Source: an uncultured virus (IMG/VR IMGVR_UViG_3300042340_000066) (Duplodnaviria > Heunggongvirae > Uroviricota > Caudoviricetes). Taken from it: a stretch of 64,000 nt of DNA. A program made the position numbers and the translations under genes. The notes beneath the pieces were generated by a model that was given only the letters and a program-made list of their open reading frames with translations, had not been told where the DNA came from and made no database searches. The stretch lies in the IMG/VR virus record IMGVR_UViG_3300042340_000066; one strand, 5' to 3'. Below are positions 1 to 8,964 of the stretch, piece by piece (position 1 is the stretch's first letter; every line of letters begins with the position of its first letter).

Positions 1-48
1 CATCCCTTGTGGCATCCCTTGTGGCATCCCTTGTGGCATCCCTTGTGG
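1..48. repeat. 4 x 12-bp tandem repeat CATCCCTTGTGG (PQGM on - strand)
   Basis: Directly visible; same unit at 63978-64000. Confidence 0.97.
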
Positions 49-336
49 TGGTCCCCCATAAAACATCTGTTGTCCGCTCGGAGCGGGACCCGCATACGCA
101 GGTAGAGTCATCTGAGGAGCACCCGGACCATTAGGGGCATTCATAAAACCCTGCGGCATTGGTGCACGACCCGTCATACCCTGTTGCATACCCCCCGGAG
201 CAGCTACATTAGCCCCCGGAACTTGTGAGGGCATACCCGCTGAACCTTGCCTGTAGTTTTGCAGCGCGTTTTGGAACTGCTGCATATTGCCGCCTACTGC
301 GGGTCTTCCCCCGCCGCCTTGAGCTCCACCAGCCAT
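1..336 (-). CDS. N-terminal part of Pro/Gln/Gly/Met-rich low-complexity protein; runs off the window start and continues at 64000-63681
   Basis: Not in ORF track. ATG at 336, open for 112 codons to base 1: MAGGAQGGGGRPAVGGNMQQFQ...QMFYGGPPQGMPQGMPQGMPQGM; follows the stop of 339-614. Confidence 0.85.
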   Translation of the reverse strand, partial: MAGGAQGGGGRPAVGGNMQQFQNALQNYRQGSAGMPSQVPGANVAAPGGMQQGMTGRAPMPQGFMNAPNGPGAPQMTLPAYAGPAPSGQQMFYGGPPQGMPQGMPQGMPQGM

Positions 337-338
337 GA

Positions 339-614
339 CTATACCATCCGGCCCTTTGTATGACCTTTAACTGCGCAGCCATCGATCTTGCCACCTTTAG
401 CGTAGCATTTCGTAGCCTTGCCCCCTTTGGCATACATACCGGGAATACCACCAGCGGAGTCAGCCATACCTACATTGGCTTTGTCCATTTTGCTGATCTT
501 CATGCTAGCCTTCTTCTTGTTCGGCAGTTTGCCGCCTTTTCTCATTCCACATTTCATAGCATCACCTGTAGCTTTAGTTTGAATTTTAGCAACACCACGA
601 GAGGGCATTGTCAT
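339..614 (-). CDS. small basic protein with YAKGG motifs (putative virion core protein)
   Basis: Lys/Gly-rich; MRKGG, YAKGG x2, C-terminal DGCAVKGHTKGRMV; ATGA overlap with upstream gene. Confidence 0.75.
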   Translation of the reverse strand: MTMPSRGVAKIQTKATGDAMKCGMRKGGKLPNKKKASMKISKMDKANVGMADSAGGIPGMYAKGGKATKCYAKGGKIDGCAVKGHTKGRMV

Positions 615-844
615 TTGTCAGCCTTCTCGTCCAATTTGTCCATAATACGCTGAAACATATTTTCGATCTTTGCCATCTCTATGCGGTAGTCGTCCTTACG
701 CACGTATGTTTCATGGATCAATCGGTTGGTCTCTTTCATATCATCCTTGAGTTCCCTGATGGCATCCCAAACGATCTTGAACAACCAACCGAATATGACT
801 CCTGCTGTACCAACAACAACATCAATTATTGATTGTAACTCCAC
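611..844 (-). CDS. single-TM plus coiled-coil small protein (holin/antiholin-like?)
   Basis: AGGAGG RBS before GTG at 844; hydrophobic IIDVVVGTAGVIFGWLF then charged coiled coil. Confidence 0.65.
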   Translation of the reverse strand: MELQSIIDVVVGTAGVIFGWLFKIVWDAIRELKDDMKETNRLIHETYVRKDDYRIEMAKIENMFQRIMDKLDEKADK

Positions 845-854
845 CCGAACCTCC

Positions 855-1295
855 TTACGGAGTGGCAGGGTCTTCAGCGCCATTGGAAGCCTTCTGTGCA
901 TACATGATCGTTACACGGGCCGCGCCAGTAGCAGCGGTGCCAGCGGTGGTCGCAATCACAGCAACATCAGAAGTGCCGATGTTGATAAAAGTCAGAGGCT
1001 GATAGGTAGAGGACAGGTCGTTACGGCCTGCAGTGGTGATGGTTGTCGAGGTTACAAACTCGTCGTCGTTAGACGAAGTACCAATCTTCAGCGTGGTCGC
1101 TGCATTGAATACCGTGGTGGTATCAACGATGATATCCAGAATCTGTGAACCTGCCGGAAGAACGGCGACGGTGGTAGCACCTGCAGTAGCAGGGAGAGTT
1201 TCGGTCTGAACCAGTACGGCTACGCCGCAGTTTTCACCAGAACCATAACGAACAGTACCGGAGCGAATTGGCCCGGAAAAGGTTGAAAAGCTCAT
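855..1295 (-). CDS. putative virion structural (capsid accessory) protein
   Basis: MSFSTFSGPIRSG start; Thr/Ala-rich beta-type sequence; downstream of capsid module. Confidence 0.7.
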   Translation of the reverse strand: MSFSTFSGPIRSGTVRYGSGENCGVAVLVQTETLPATAGATTVAVLPAGSQILDIIVDTTTVFNAATTLKIGTSSNDDEFVTSTTITTAGRNDLSSTYQPLTFINIGTSDVAVIATTAGTAATGAARVTIMYAQKASNGAEDPATP

Positions 1296-1314
1296 AAGAA
1301 CCTCATGCACTTGC

Positions 1315-1376
1315 GCCTATCGTCTTGTGCGAATCTGCTGGGTCAGTCGAGTAGGCAATTAAAGAAATCCCAGATT
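1315..1376 (-). ncRNA. candidate pseudoknotted cis-regulatory RNA leader
   Basis: On - strand AATCTGGG pairs with CCCAG(CA)GATT and GCCTA(C)TCG pairs with CGATAGGC, interleaved. Confidence 0.45.
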
Positions 1377-1383
1377 TAAGGTA

Positions 1384-1412
1384 CTTATAGCCCAGTTTTT
1401 AGGGGGTGTCAA
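1384..1412 (-). promoter_or_regulatory. sigma70-like promoter
   Basis: TTGACA-N17-TATAAG on - strand, overlapping the end of the GIY-YIG gene. Confidence 0.65.
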
Positions 1413-2346
1413 GCGCCTTCTGTTTGCGCCTGTCATTGTCCTTTTTGTAGTCTTCTTTCATACAAGCAACGCATGTACCTTTTGCCTTACGAGGAGAAAT
1501 ATGCCCTCTGTCGCAGGGAATACCTGTGAAATAGTGTTTGGCCCCGGTAGCTTTTGCTTCTTGCCTAGAGCGTGGATAGGCTAAAAATTCTTCTGGGATT
1601 TCTGGAGCTAAGTTTCTTTCTCCATCCACATACGACAGCACCCAACCGGCGTGGGGGCCAAACACAATAGGTTTACCCGACTTACAGGCGCGAATGATTG
1701 TTCCTATAGCTAGCCCCAGTGTGTCTCGCATTTCCGTAAGGCTGCTATACACCTTGGTTGTCCTATCTGGAAGTACCGCATGAATAGCCTTCTGTAGATC
1801 GTCGGCATTTGCAGGCCGCTTGCCATAAAAATGGCACTCTTCGCCTCTCTTTGCTGCAGCAGCTATGTTGGCTCTGCCTTCTTCCGAAACTTTTCGCCCC
1901 GGCGCTTTAGGTACATCCCTCTGCGTGTCTCCTATTTTCTTCCTAACTTCTTCCTCTAGCGATTTACCAAAACGGTAGTGCTCTTCACCTTTGGGCACAT
2001 GTTTTAGCGACATTTTAGCTACGGCTTCAGAAGTATGTTTTTTTCCTCGCATTGGGGCGCTAGCATCTGCAGCCCAGTTGTAGCAATGGGTCTTTCCCGC
2101 GTGTTCGTCTAACCAAACTTGCTCAACGGCGAGTAACTCGTCCCTATCCTCAACGCTAGCCACTATCTCAAACTTAAAACAGTCCTCGCCGTACTTATTC
2201 CATGCGGCTTGCAGATGAGGGCTTTGGTGCGTTCCTTTTTTTAGCCGCCTTTTGTGCGCTTGGAACCTCACACGAGCATCAACGGTGCTGCCTACATAGA
2301 ATTTACCGTTGACCACATTACGAATCACATAGATTACGTTTTTCAC
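1399..2346 (-). CDS. GIY-YIG homing endonuclease with NUMOD-like repeats and C-terminal Cys/His Zn module
   Basis: VIYVIRNVVNGKFYVGST...R...H...E GIY-YIG core; MRGKKHTSE and FYGK repeats; YFTGIPCDRGH...CVAC. Confidence 0.9.
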   Translation of the reverse strand: MKNVIYVIRNVVNGKFYVGSTVDARVRFQAHKRRLKKGTHQSPHLQAAWNKYGEDCFKFEIVASVEDRDELLAVEQVWLDEHAGKTHCYNWAADASAPMRGKKHTSEAVAKMSLKHVPKGEEHYRFGKSLEEEVRKKIGDTQRDVPKAPGRKVSEEGRANIAAAAKRGEECHFYGKRPANADDLQKAIHAVLPDRTTKVYSSLTEMRDTLGLAIGTIIRACKSGKPIVFGPHAGWVLSYVDGERNLAPEIPEEFLAYPRSRQEAKATGAKHYFTGIPCDRGHISPRKAKGTCVACMKEDYKKDNDRRKQKALDTP

Positions 2347-2378
2347 TGGAAACCTCCGTTATTTAGTTGACGAAGGTC

Positions 2379-2407
2379 AGTTTACACTATTTGTGATTGC
2401 GTCACAA
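2379..2407 (-). promoter_or_regulatory. putative promoter of the GIY-YIG gene with operator-like inverted repeat
   Basis: TTGTGA-N17-TAAACT on - strand; TTGTGA-N5-TCACAA dyad overlaps the -35. Confidence 0.45.
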
Positions 2408-2416
2408 GTTTTTAAG

Positions 2417-2444
2417 CAAAAAGAAAGGGAGCCGGAGCTCCCTT
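2417..2444 (-). terminator. intrinsic terminator after major capsid gene
   Basis: AAGGGAGC-TCCG-GCTCCCTT followed by TCTTTTT on - strand. Confidence 0.85.
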
Positions 2445-2448
2445 CCCG

Positions 2449-2461
2449 TAAACCCTTGATT
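2449..2461 (-). promoter_or_regulatory. IHF-consensus site
   Basis: AATCAAGGGTTTA matches WATCAANNNNTTR. Confidence 0.4.
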
Positions 2462-2470
2462 TTACTGGGT

Positions 2471-3379
2471 TTAGCCTTGGCTACCGAACATAGCGAGGGG
2501 GTCACTCCAGCCGTAACTGTACCGCTCTCGAGCCTTGTAGCGAGCGTTTCCGGTATCGAAGTCTCCATCCATTGAAGTAGACAGAGCAGCACGGACGAAA
2601 TGCTTCAGACCATTCGGGATATCCGTCTGCAAGAACCAAGCGTTGGTGTCAGTCAAGAAATGGTTAACTGTCCAACCACCCGGAATTGAGCCATTGTTCA
2701 CAATCGCGTTCACATCGTTGTCAGTCGTGCCAACACGAAGCTGGGTTTCCAACAAACGGGTAGCTACGAACTGCAGAGCAGGCGGGATGATGAGCTTCTT
2801 CGGCTTTGCTGCAATCAGCAGGCCGCGTTCGTCAGTCCACAGGCTGATCTGGATAACGGCATTCTCAAGAGAAGTTTCATTAAGGTCAGTCGGAGTAGAC
2901 GGGACGTTAGACAGAGTAGAACCATTAACCAACGGGTGAGCGTTAGAGAACAATTCCTTACCATCACCACCAGCATAGTTAGAGTTGAAACCGTTGTTCA
3001 GAACAGCGGCACCCTTAACTTCCTTGGTGTAAGCCATAGCACGAGCCAGCGCCTTGGTATAACGAGCAGACAGAGAGTCGTACAGGTTATCTTCGATAGC
3101 TTCTTCGGTCAGGGAGAAGCCCAAAGCAATGGTTTCGTGGGTATAGCGAGTGGACCAAGCTTCCTGTGCGGTGTCGTAAGCGATGGCAGAACCTTCGTTC
3201 TTAACAGGAGCAGCACCGAAACCGGAGAGCTTCTGTTCTTCTTCAAAGGAACGGTCAGAGCTTTCAACTTCAAACAGTTCTTTCCACTCTTCGCCATAAC
3301 GATCATATTCCAGACCGAAGAGGGCGTTGAGGCCGGGGAGTAGCTCTTTAAGTAATTGAGCGCGTGAAATAGCAGCCAT
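2471..3379 (-). CDS. major capsid protein
   Basis: MAAISRAQLLKELLPGLNALFGLEY...KARERYSYGWSDP type capsid sequence; downstream of scaffold; followed by terminator. Confidence 0.9.
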   Translation of the reverse strand: MAAISRAQLLKELLPGLNALFGLEYDRYGEEWKELFEVESSDRSFEEEQKLSGFGAAPVKNEGSAIAYDTAQEAWSTRYTHETIALGFSLTEEAIEDNLYDSLSARYTKALARAMAYTKEVKGAAVLNNGFNSNYAGGDGKELFSNAHPLVNGSTLSNVPSTPTDLNETSLENAVIQISLWTDERGLLIAAKPKKLIIPPALQFVATRLLETQLRVGTTDNDVNAIVNNGSIPGGWTVNHFLTDTNAWFLQTDIPNGLKHFVRAALSTSMDGDFDTGNARYKARERYSYGWSDPLAMFGSQG

Positions 3380-3392
3380 TGATTATATCTCC

Positions 3393-4022
3393 TTAGATTC
3401 CAGTAGCCTGACGGTAGAAGTGCATCGCGGCATTGTAGATAACCTGAACCCGCGTAAAGGTGCCATCAGGCAGAACACTTTCCGGCACAATAGAGACAAC
3501 CCGGAAGGGCAGTGTGTTGGTCGTGTTGACTGAAGCAAAGTTAGCGGACACGGTGCTGTTGCCGCCTGCATTTACAAAAGTAGCAGGCTGATAGTAGCCG
3601 ATGTTGTTACCAACAGTAGCCTGAGTCGCTGCACTTGCGGTGTAGCGGTCCCCAGAAGCATTGGTCAGAGTGATCTCGAAAATAGCATCGGGATCGTCAA
3701 CAACGACAGCAACTGCATCAGAAGCTACGGTACCAGAAGCCCAATTCTGATCGAATAGCTTGTACTTCAAGGTAGGATCGGTGAAGCTGCATCCAAGGAA
3801 AATACCAACAGGAGCCAGAGCAAAAGCTGCCTTAGCACCAGAAGCGGTATCAACACGAGCAATGGTACCGGTGCTAGCAACAGTCACCAGATCACCAAAA
3901 CCGATGTTCTGAGCATAGCCAGAGACAATCGGAATAGAACGAGTGGCACCTGAGTAAACACGCCCACCTAGCAGGTTTACCGGCAAAAAACCGGTAGGGC
4001 CGGGATTAAAAACACTAGACAT
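3393..4022 (-). CDS. putative capsid decoration/minor head protein
   Basis: Directly upstream of capsid gene; small-residue, beta-rich. Confidence 0.65.
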   Translation of the reverse strand: MSSVFNPGPTGFLPVNLLGGRVYSGATRSIPIVSGYAQNIGFGDLVTVASTGTIARVDTASGAKAAFALAPVGIFLGCSFTDPTLKYKLFDQNWASGTVASDAVAVVVDDPDAIFEITLTNASGDRYTASAATQATVGNNIGYYQPATFVNAGGNSTVSANFASVNTTNTLPFRVVSIVPESVLPDGTFTRVQVIYNAAMHFYRQATGI

Positions 4023-4059
4023 AATTAACTCCTAAAAGTTTTTAAGCGGCCCTTCTATA

Positions 4060-4518
4060 TCAGGAACCGCGACCAAAAGATACTTTCGATTGCTTCTCAG
4101 AAAAGAGAGGCATTCTTGGATCACTCTCACGCAGAAAGTTGTTATCAACTGACTGCATACCGGATTGGGTCTGGTTTTCGTAATACGCTTTCCGTGCCTT
4201 AGCATTTTCAACCGTAGTCTTACACAGCACCAATCCACCAATTTCGATCAGTCCAGTGGCTTGCAACCCGAAGGCTACAAGGTCATTCGCAAATTCGGGA
4301 TGATCTTCGGCTTTACAGGGTTCCCAGCCCTCGCGTCGGGCCTGAGCCATATTGCGATGATCTGCTTCTCCCATCATGGATGCGCGTTTCCAGTGGAATA
4401 CATAACCATCTTGCGGCTCCGGTATAGGAAGGTCAGAGGCGGGTCTCCAAGATACTTGACGTACATCGTGCTCCCGAGTTTCCATTGAGCGTGGGGGTCT
4501 TCCTACTGGATTAGCCAT
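4060..4518 (-). CDS. conserved head-module protein
   Basis: REGWEP...IEIGGLVLCK...AYY motif; between scaffold and capsid genes. Confidence 0.7.
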   Translation of the reverse strand: MANPVGRPPRSMETREHDVRQVSWRPASDLPIPEPQDGYVFHWKRASMMGEADHRNMAQARREGWEPCKAEDHPEFANDLVAFGLQATGLIEIGGLVLCKTTVENAKARKAYYENQTQSGMQSVDNNFLRESDPRMPLFSEKQSKVSFGRGS

Positions 4519-5428
4519 TATTCATCTCCTTTGCTGCATACTTAGCGTAAGTTTCTAACGGTACACCAAGGCGTTTTGCGATTGCCACTTGACTGGCGGT
4601 TAGCGTCACTTTCCTGCTTCCAGTGCTTCTGGAGGCGGGTGCCACGGTTGACGATTTGCGTGACTTTGTAAAGTTTTGCGGGAAAACTTCCCTGATGCGG
4701 CTGTCGATCTTCTGATAATACTCATCGGAAGTCGGATCAATACCGTTGTTTACCAGCTTCTGATGCAGGCCATACGCGAATGAGGTCATTTCCTCATCTT
4801 TGCCGAACCAAGGGTTGCGTGATGCCCAGTCTTCTGCGCGATAATCACGAGGTGCCGGTGCGGGCTGCTCATATTGCTGCTGTTCAGGTTGACTATATAC
4901 AGGACTATTTTCGTTTTGTCTAGTATTTTGTTGCACTGCCGCTGCAATTTGATTCTGAAGCTGCGCTTTCTGTATAGCCGCCTCATTCAACTCGCGTTGT
5001 GCTTCCAGTACACCATCCGTATCGCCGGTTTCATAGGCTTTACGGTATTTATCTTCTGCTAGCTTTTGCGCATACTCAAGCTTACTTTGAGACTCGCGGG
5101 CATACTCCTGCTGACCCCAAGATAGCGTCTGTTTTAGACGCTCATACTCTCCATACACCGTTCTAGCGAGGCGCACCGCCTCTTCATTCTGTCTTGCCAG
5201 CGCTTCTTTCGCTCTTCGCTCATCATGAATCTTATGATTCAGCTGGTTAATGCGCTTCTTAACCTTCTCCGAGTAATTTTCGATCTCGTCTTCATGAGCC
5301 TCATCATCTGTCGCCTTTAATGGTTCTCGGCCTTGGTCTTCTTCAGGCGTATCGTCTACGACTTCAATTTCTACCTCGGGCAATTCCGCACCGACTTCCA
5401 AATCATCACCAATCTTTTCTGTTTGCAT
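4511..5428 (-). CDS. putative scaffolding protein
   Basis: Acidic N-terminus, long coiled coil, C-terminal QVAIAKRLGVPLETYAK. Confidence 0.75.
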   Translation of the reverse strand: MQTEKIGDDLEVGAELPEVEIEVVDDTPEEDQGREPLKATDDEAHEDEIENYSEKVKKRINQLNHKIHDERRAKEALARQNEEAVRLARTVYGEYERLKQTLSWGQQEYARESQSKLEYAQKLAEDKYRKAYETGDTDGVLEAQRELNEAAIQKAQLQNQIAAAVQQNTRQNENSPVYSQPEQQQYEQPAPAPRDYRAEDWASRNPWFGKDEEMTSFAYGLHQKLVNNGIDPTSDEYYQKIDSRIREVFPQNFTKSRKSSTVAPASRSTGSRKVTLTASQVAIAKRLGVPLETYAKYAAKEMNNG

Positions 5429-5444
5429 GAGTTATTCCTCAAGT

Positions 5445-5849
5445 TTAATAAGCGCGGTTAATTCCTCTCGGGTCAGACACTACCGCCTGTACCATGTCGT
5501 CGTTCACCATGACGAACTCTTTCCCATTCACGGAGAAACGGCTACCGGCGTAAGCGCCTAGCAAAACAAAATCGCCTTCCTTACACCACGGACCTGTAGG
5601 AAATTTTGCTTCATCCTTGTACGCCATATCGCCTACCTTCAACACAAATCCTACTACGGCTCCCGCTTCTTCCCGGCGAATAAACTCTTTAGGTTTAACA
5701 ATGCCCCCTTCTGTCTTCTCTTCGATTTCGGGCTTGACGACGAGGATTTTATACCCCACAGGGTCTGGTAATTGCGCTGCCAGTTTGTCACTTGTTTCCT
5801 TTGTTTTGTCTACGTCAATGTTAGCTGCAGAAAGTGCGGCGTTTTCCAT
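5445..5849 (-). CDS. groES: GroES/Cpn10-like co-chaperonin
   Basis: PVGYKILV...EKTEGGIV...GFVLKVG...KEGDFVL..YAGSRFSVNGKEFVMVNDD. Confidence 0.88.
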   Translation of the reverse strand: MENAALSAANIDVDKTKETSDKLAAQLPDPVGYKILVVKPEIEEKTEGGIVKPKEFIRREEAGAVVGFVLKVGDMAYKDEAKFPTGPWCKEGDFVLLGAYAGSRFSVNGKEFVMVNDDMVQAVVSDPRGINRAY

Positions 5850-6031
5850 TAGTTAGCCTCTTCGTATTTAAGCAGGTCTTTCAGTCGATCACTCGCGGAG
5901 GTTAGACCCGTAATCACCCCTACGAGATGCTGATACTCAGCATAGTCCTTGATATGCCCTCTAACGAGAGCGTTCTTGCGCGTATCGATAGCTTCTTCTA
6001 GCTCCTTGAGTACTATGTCTACTACGTTCAT
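5849..6031 (-). CDS. small conserved protein between portal and GroES
   Basis: KDYAEYQHLVGVITGL; translationally coupled. Confidence 0.7.
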   Translation of the reverse strand: MNVVDIVLKELEEAIDTRKNALVRGHIKDYAEYQHLVGVITGLTSASDRLKDLLKYEEAN

Positions 6032-8526
6032 TTTTTAGCCTTCGGTGGTTGCTGTGATTTGTTCTCTCCCTGAAACGTATTAAATGCTCTATCCTTTTCC
6101 TTCTCGCCCGTGTTGTATTCTCTTTCCTCGGCCTTTTCCCCTACCCCGTAGAGTTTCTCGGCTACTTTGAGTCCTACGTCGATGTTTTTCTGGGTGGTGG
6201 AGGTCTTATCCTTTTCTCCTTGAATCATCAGCTTGTTTTCATTGTTCATCATGGCAATCTGCATCTCGTTCTGCAATTTAGCCATCTCAATCTCGTACTT
6301 CTGCTGGATTTCCTGCTGCTTAAGTTGAAGCTCCTGCATCTGCATCTGAACAATCGGGTCTTGCTGCTGTTGTTGAGCAATCTGCGCCTGTGTTTCCGCC
6401 TGATTTCTTTGTAGCGCCTGCGTCGCTGCCTGCGCAGAGATGACGCTTAGCTGTCTTTCGGCTTCTGGATCAAGCTTTTGCTCTGGATCAGGCAGAGGCA
6501 TACCTAGTTGCGCTTCTACTTCACGACGATACTGGAACGCTAAATGCTCCATAATATGGGCTTGTGCCGCCTGCATGATCGCCTGCGCGTTCGGGTTCTG
6601 TCCCATTGCTTGCGCAATCTTGGGGTCTTGTATGGCTGACTGGTGTACGGCTAGATGTGCCGCGTGATCCTGCTCAATAAAGGCTTTTACGGGCTTCTGA
6701 TTCATAATGTCCATATTCTCCGACACTGGGTCGGTAGACACCAAGTCATCTTCCGTTTTGACGATCTTATCTGCGTCCTTGATACCCATCACCTCCAACA
6801 TCTGGCGGTGTAAAACGGGCAGGTCATAAATTTGCGGAGACTGCTGAGCTAGCTGAATAGCCGCCTGATACTGAATAATCCTCTGAGCCATCGTTGCGGC
6901 ATTGGGATCAGAAACAGGTAGCACCTCTACCATATCGTAGTCGGACTTTTTAGCTTCCGGCCCTACGTTGTACTCAGGCATGTAGTCGTATTCAGGGGCT
7001 GTGTACTCTTTAATAAGGTGAGCAATCAGCTTGAACTCTTGCGCCATCGCATAATGGACCCGCGCCTGCACCGCAGACATAACCTTGAGCGTCCGTTCCA
7101 AAATAGCTAGGGTAGTACCTACCGGCGCTTCACCCCCCATCGCATCAAACTTTACATCAGCTACCGCCGCCAGCCTGCGCCCTTCATCCACCACATTTTG
7201 AAGGAGTTGAAAGAGCGTTGCACTGGGCTCTTTATAAGGAAGAGGCATGATATTGTCTCGGATCGTGGCGCTTGCCACGTCCACATCGCGCCATTCCCCC
7301 GGCATAATCGGAGTGTCATCTCCTTTTATACGCATACCTTTGGTCTTGAGCCCTCCGGGAAGATTGGACAGCGTACCCGCGTCAATCAACTGCCTTACGA
7401 TACTCGTAGCACTCTTGGCAAACCCGCCCACCAGATGAATCAGACCATAGCCATAGGCTCCAAAGCCGGGAATGTACGTGTATTGCACGAAATGCTGTTT
7501 AGCCCGTTTCAGAGGGTCAAATTCATCCCAATTACGTCGAACAGCGAGGATTTCTTGGCTGCTTTTCTCTATCGTAACCACATAAGGGAGGGCTATACCT
7601 GTGGGTTCACCCGTCTCATCATCTACATCCTCATACCCCGGAATGTCTAATTCCGTATGTATCTCTAGGATTCTGTATCTGTCATCGTTGATTGCACTGA
7701 AACCTTCAGCATCATCCTTGCGCTTCTGAATCTCATCTATGTCCTTGCTGGGCTCACTGAGCTCAATGTCTCTATAGAACCCTGCATACTGCAGCTTTTT
7801 CACCTCATTTGGTGTTTTACGCATGAGGTGCGTGACTCTCGGTGCGGTACGCGCATCGCTGGCTCCATAGGGAATATAGAGGTCTTCAGCGGGTACAAAC
7901 ATACTCACCTGCCTATTGAGGGAGGGGTCGAAGTAGACCTTTTTGAACGCAGCACCAGCTAAAGAGAGACTCCACAGCATCTTTTCGTGCTCTGGACGAA
8001 ACTCCTGCATCTTTTCAGTCAGCTGGTAGTTCATATCCTCTGCCACACGGACAGCGGCCTCCTCATTCTCTCGCGTTTCCTTCCCCATGATCTTGGTTTT
8101 TACCGGACCTTGTGCCGGGAAGGTTTCTGCAATCATCTCCGCTTGGAATTTAATAGCGGCTTCAGTCAACATCGGATGGTATACACCGCATGCACCGTTC
8201 CACGGCTCAGTACGTTCTTCGATCTTCAGACCCAACAAGTCGAGCCCATCTACATAGGTCTCTTCCCACTCTCTACGAGCGTTCTTGTCATTATCGAAGT
8301 CATCCAACAAATCAGCAGCGAGGGAAGCTAACTCACTCCCCTCAATGTACTCGGCAAGGTTGGCATCAAACGAAGGCTCTTCCTCTATTTCAAGAGTGAT
8401 CTCATCCACCAACTCTCCCTCTGGATCACCAATAACAATCTCAATGGGGCTATCATCCTCTTCCTGCATCAGAGGAGACTGCGGAATCATCGCCTTATCT
8501 ACGTTACTCAGAGGAAGAATTGCCAT
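6028..8526 (-). CDS. portal protein
   Basis: 832 aa after TerL; EPWNGACGVYHP, FKKVYFD, GFGAYGYGLIHLVG; Gln-rich C-terminal coiled coil. Confidence 0.88.
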   Translation of the reverse strand: MAILPLSNVDKAMIPQSPLMQEEDDSPIEIVIGDPEGELVDEITLEIEEEPSFDANLAEYIEGSELASLAADLLDDFDNDKNARREWEETYVDGLDLLGLKIEERTEPWNGACGVYHPMLTEAAIKFQAEMIAETFPAQGPVKTKIMGKETRENEEAAVRVAEDMNYQLTEKMQEFRPEHEKMLWSLSLAGAAFKKVYFDPSLNRQVSMFVPAEDLYIPYGASDARTAPRVTHLMRKTPNEVKKLQYAGFYRDIELSEPSKDIDEIQKRKDDAEGFSAINDDRYRILEIHTELDIPGYEDVDDETGEPTGIALPYVVTIEKSSQEILAVRRNWDEFDPLKRAKQHFVQYTYIPGFGAYGYGLIHLVGGFAKSATSIVRQLIDAGTLSNLPGGLKTKGMRIKGDDTPIMPGEWRDVDVASATIRDNIMPLPYKEPSATLFQLLQNVVDEGRRLAAVADVKFDAMGGEAPVGTTLAILERTLKVMSAVQARVHYAMAQEFKLIAHLIKEYTAPEYDYMPEYNVGPEAKKSDYDMVEVLPVSDPNAATMAQRIIQYQAAIQLAQQSPQIYDLPVLHRQMLEVMGIKDADKIVKTEDDLVSTDPVSENMDIMNQKPVKAFIEQDHAAHLAVHQSAIQDPKIAQAMGQNPNAQAIMQAAQAHIMEHLAFQYRREVEAQLGMPLPDPEQKLDPEAERQLSVISAQAATQALQRNQAETQAQIAQQQQQDPIVQMQMQELQLKQQEIQQKYEIEMAKLQNEMQIAMMNNENKLMIQGEKDKTSTTQKNIDVGLKVAEKLYGVGEKAEEREYNTGEKEKDRAFNTFQGENKSQQPPKAKK

Positions 8527-8547
8527 TTGGGTGCCTGCGGTGGTGAG

Positions 8548-8952
8548 TTAGAGAATTTCGAGGAGCTTCTCAAGATAATGTTTGGCCTTTTCGTAGTCTT
8601 CCTTTGCTGGGCCTTTATCTCCAGCCCTCATTATATACTTGATCGCATTGCCTTTGTAAAAGCCGATAGCCTGTGCATGAGGCAGAGTGTCGATCACATC
8701 CCACGGCTGCACTCGTTTGTCTTTGTAGTGTGACCCACCTACTTGGTAGTCGTTAGCTTTTTTCTCTGCACTTTCTCTTTTTTCTGTTTCTTTTACTAAT
8801 TCGTTCTCTGCATCGGCGTACTCTTCTTTGATGTACTGCTCCCATGCTGCGTATATTCTTGGTATTTCTGCGTGTATCATCTTCTCCTCCTCCTGTTGCT
8901 TAAGCGCTCTTTCTACCTGCCCCGCCATCGCTTCCACTATACCGGCTACCAT
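8548..8952 (-). CDS. DUF3310 / T7 gp1.7-like nucleotide kinase domain protein
   Basis: QVGGSHYK...GFYKGNAIKYIMRAGDKG..EDYEKAKHYL. Confidence 0.8.
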   Translation of the reverse strand: MVAGIVEAMAGQVERALKQQEEEKMIHAEIPRIYAAWEQYIKEEYADAENELVKETEKRESAEKKANDYQVGGSHYKDKRVQPWDVIDTLPHAQAIGFYKGNAIKYIMRAGDKGPAKEDYEKAKHYLEKLLEIL

Positions 8953-8964
8953 ATTCTCTCCTCC

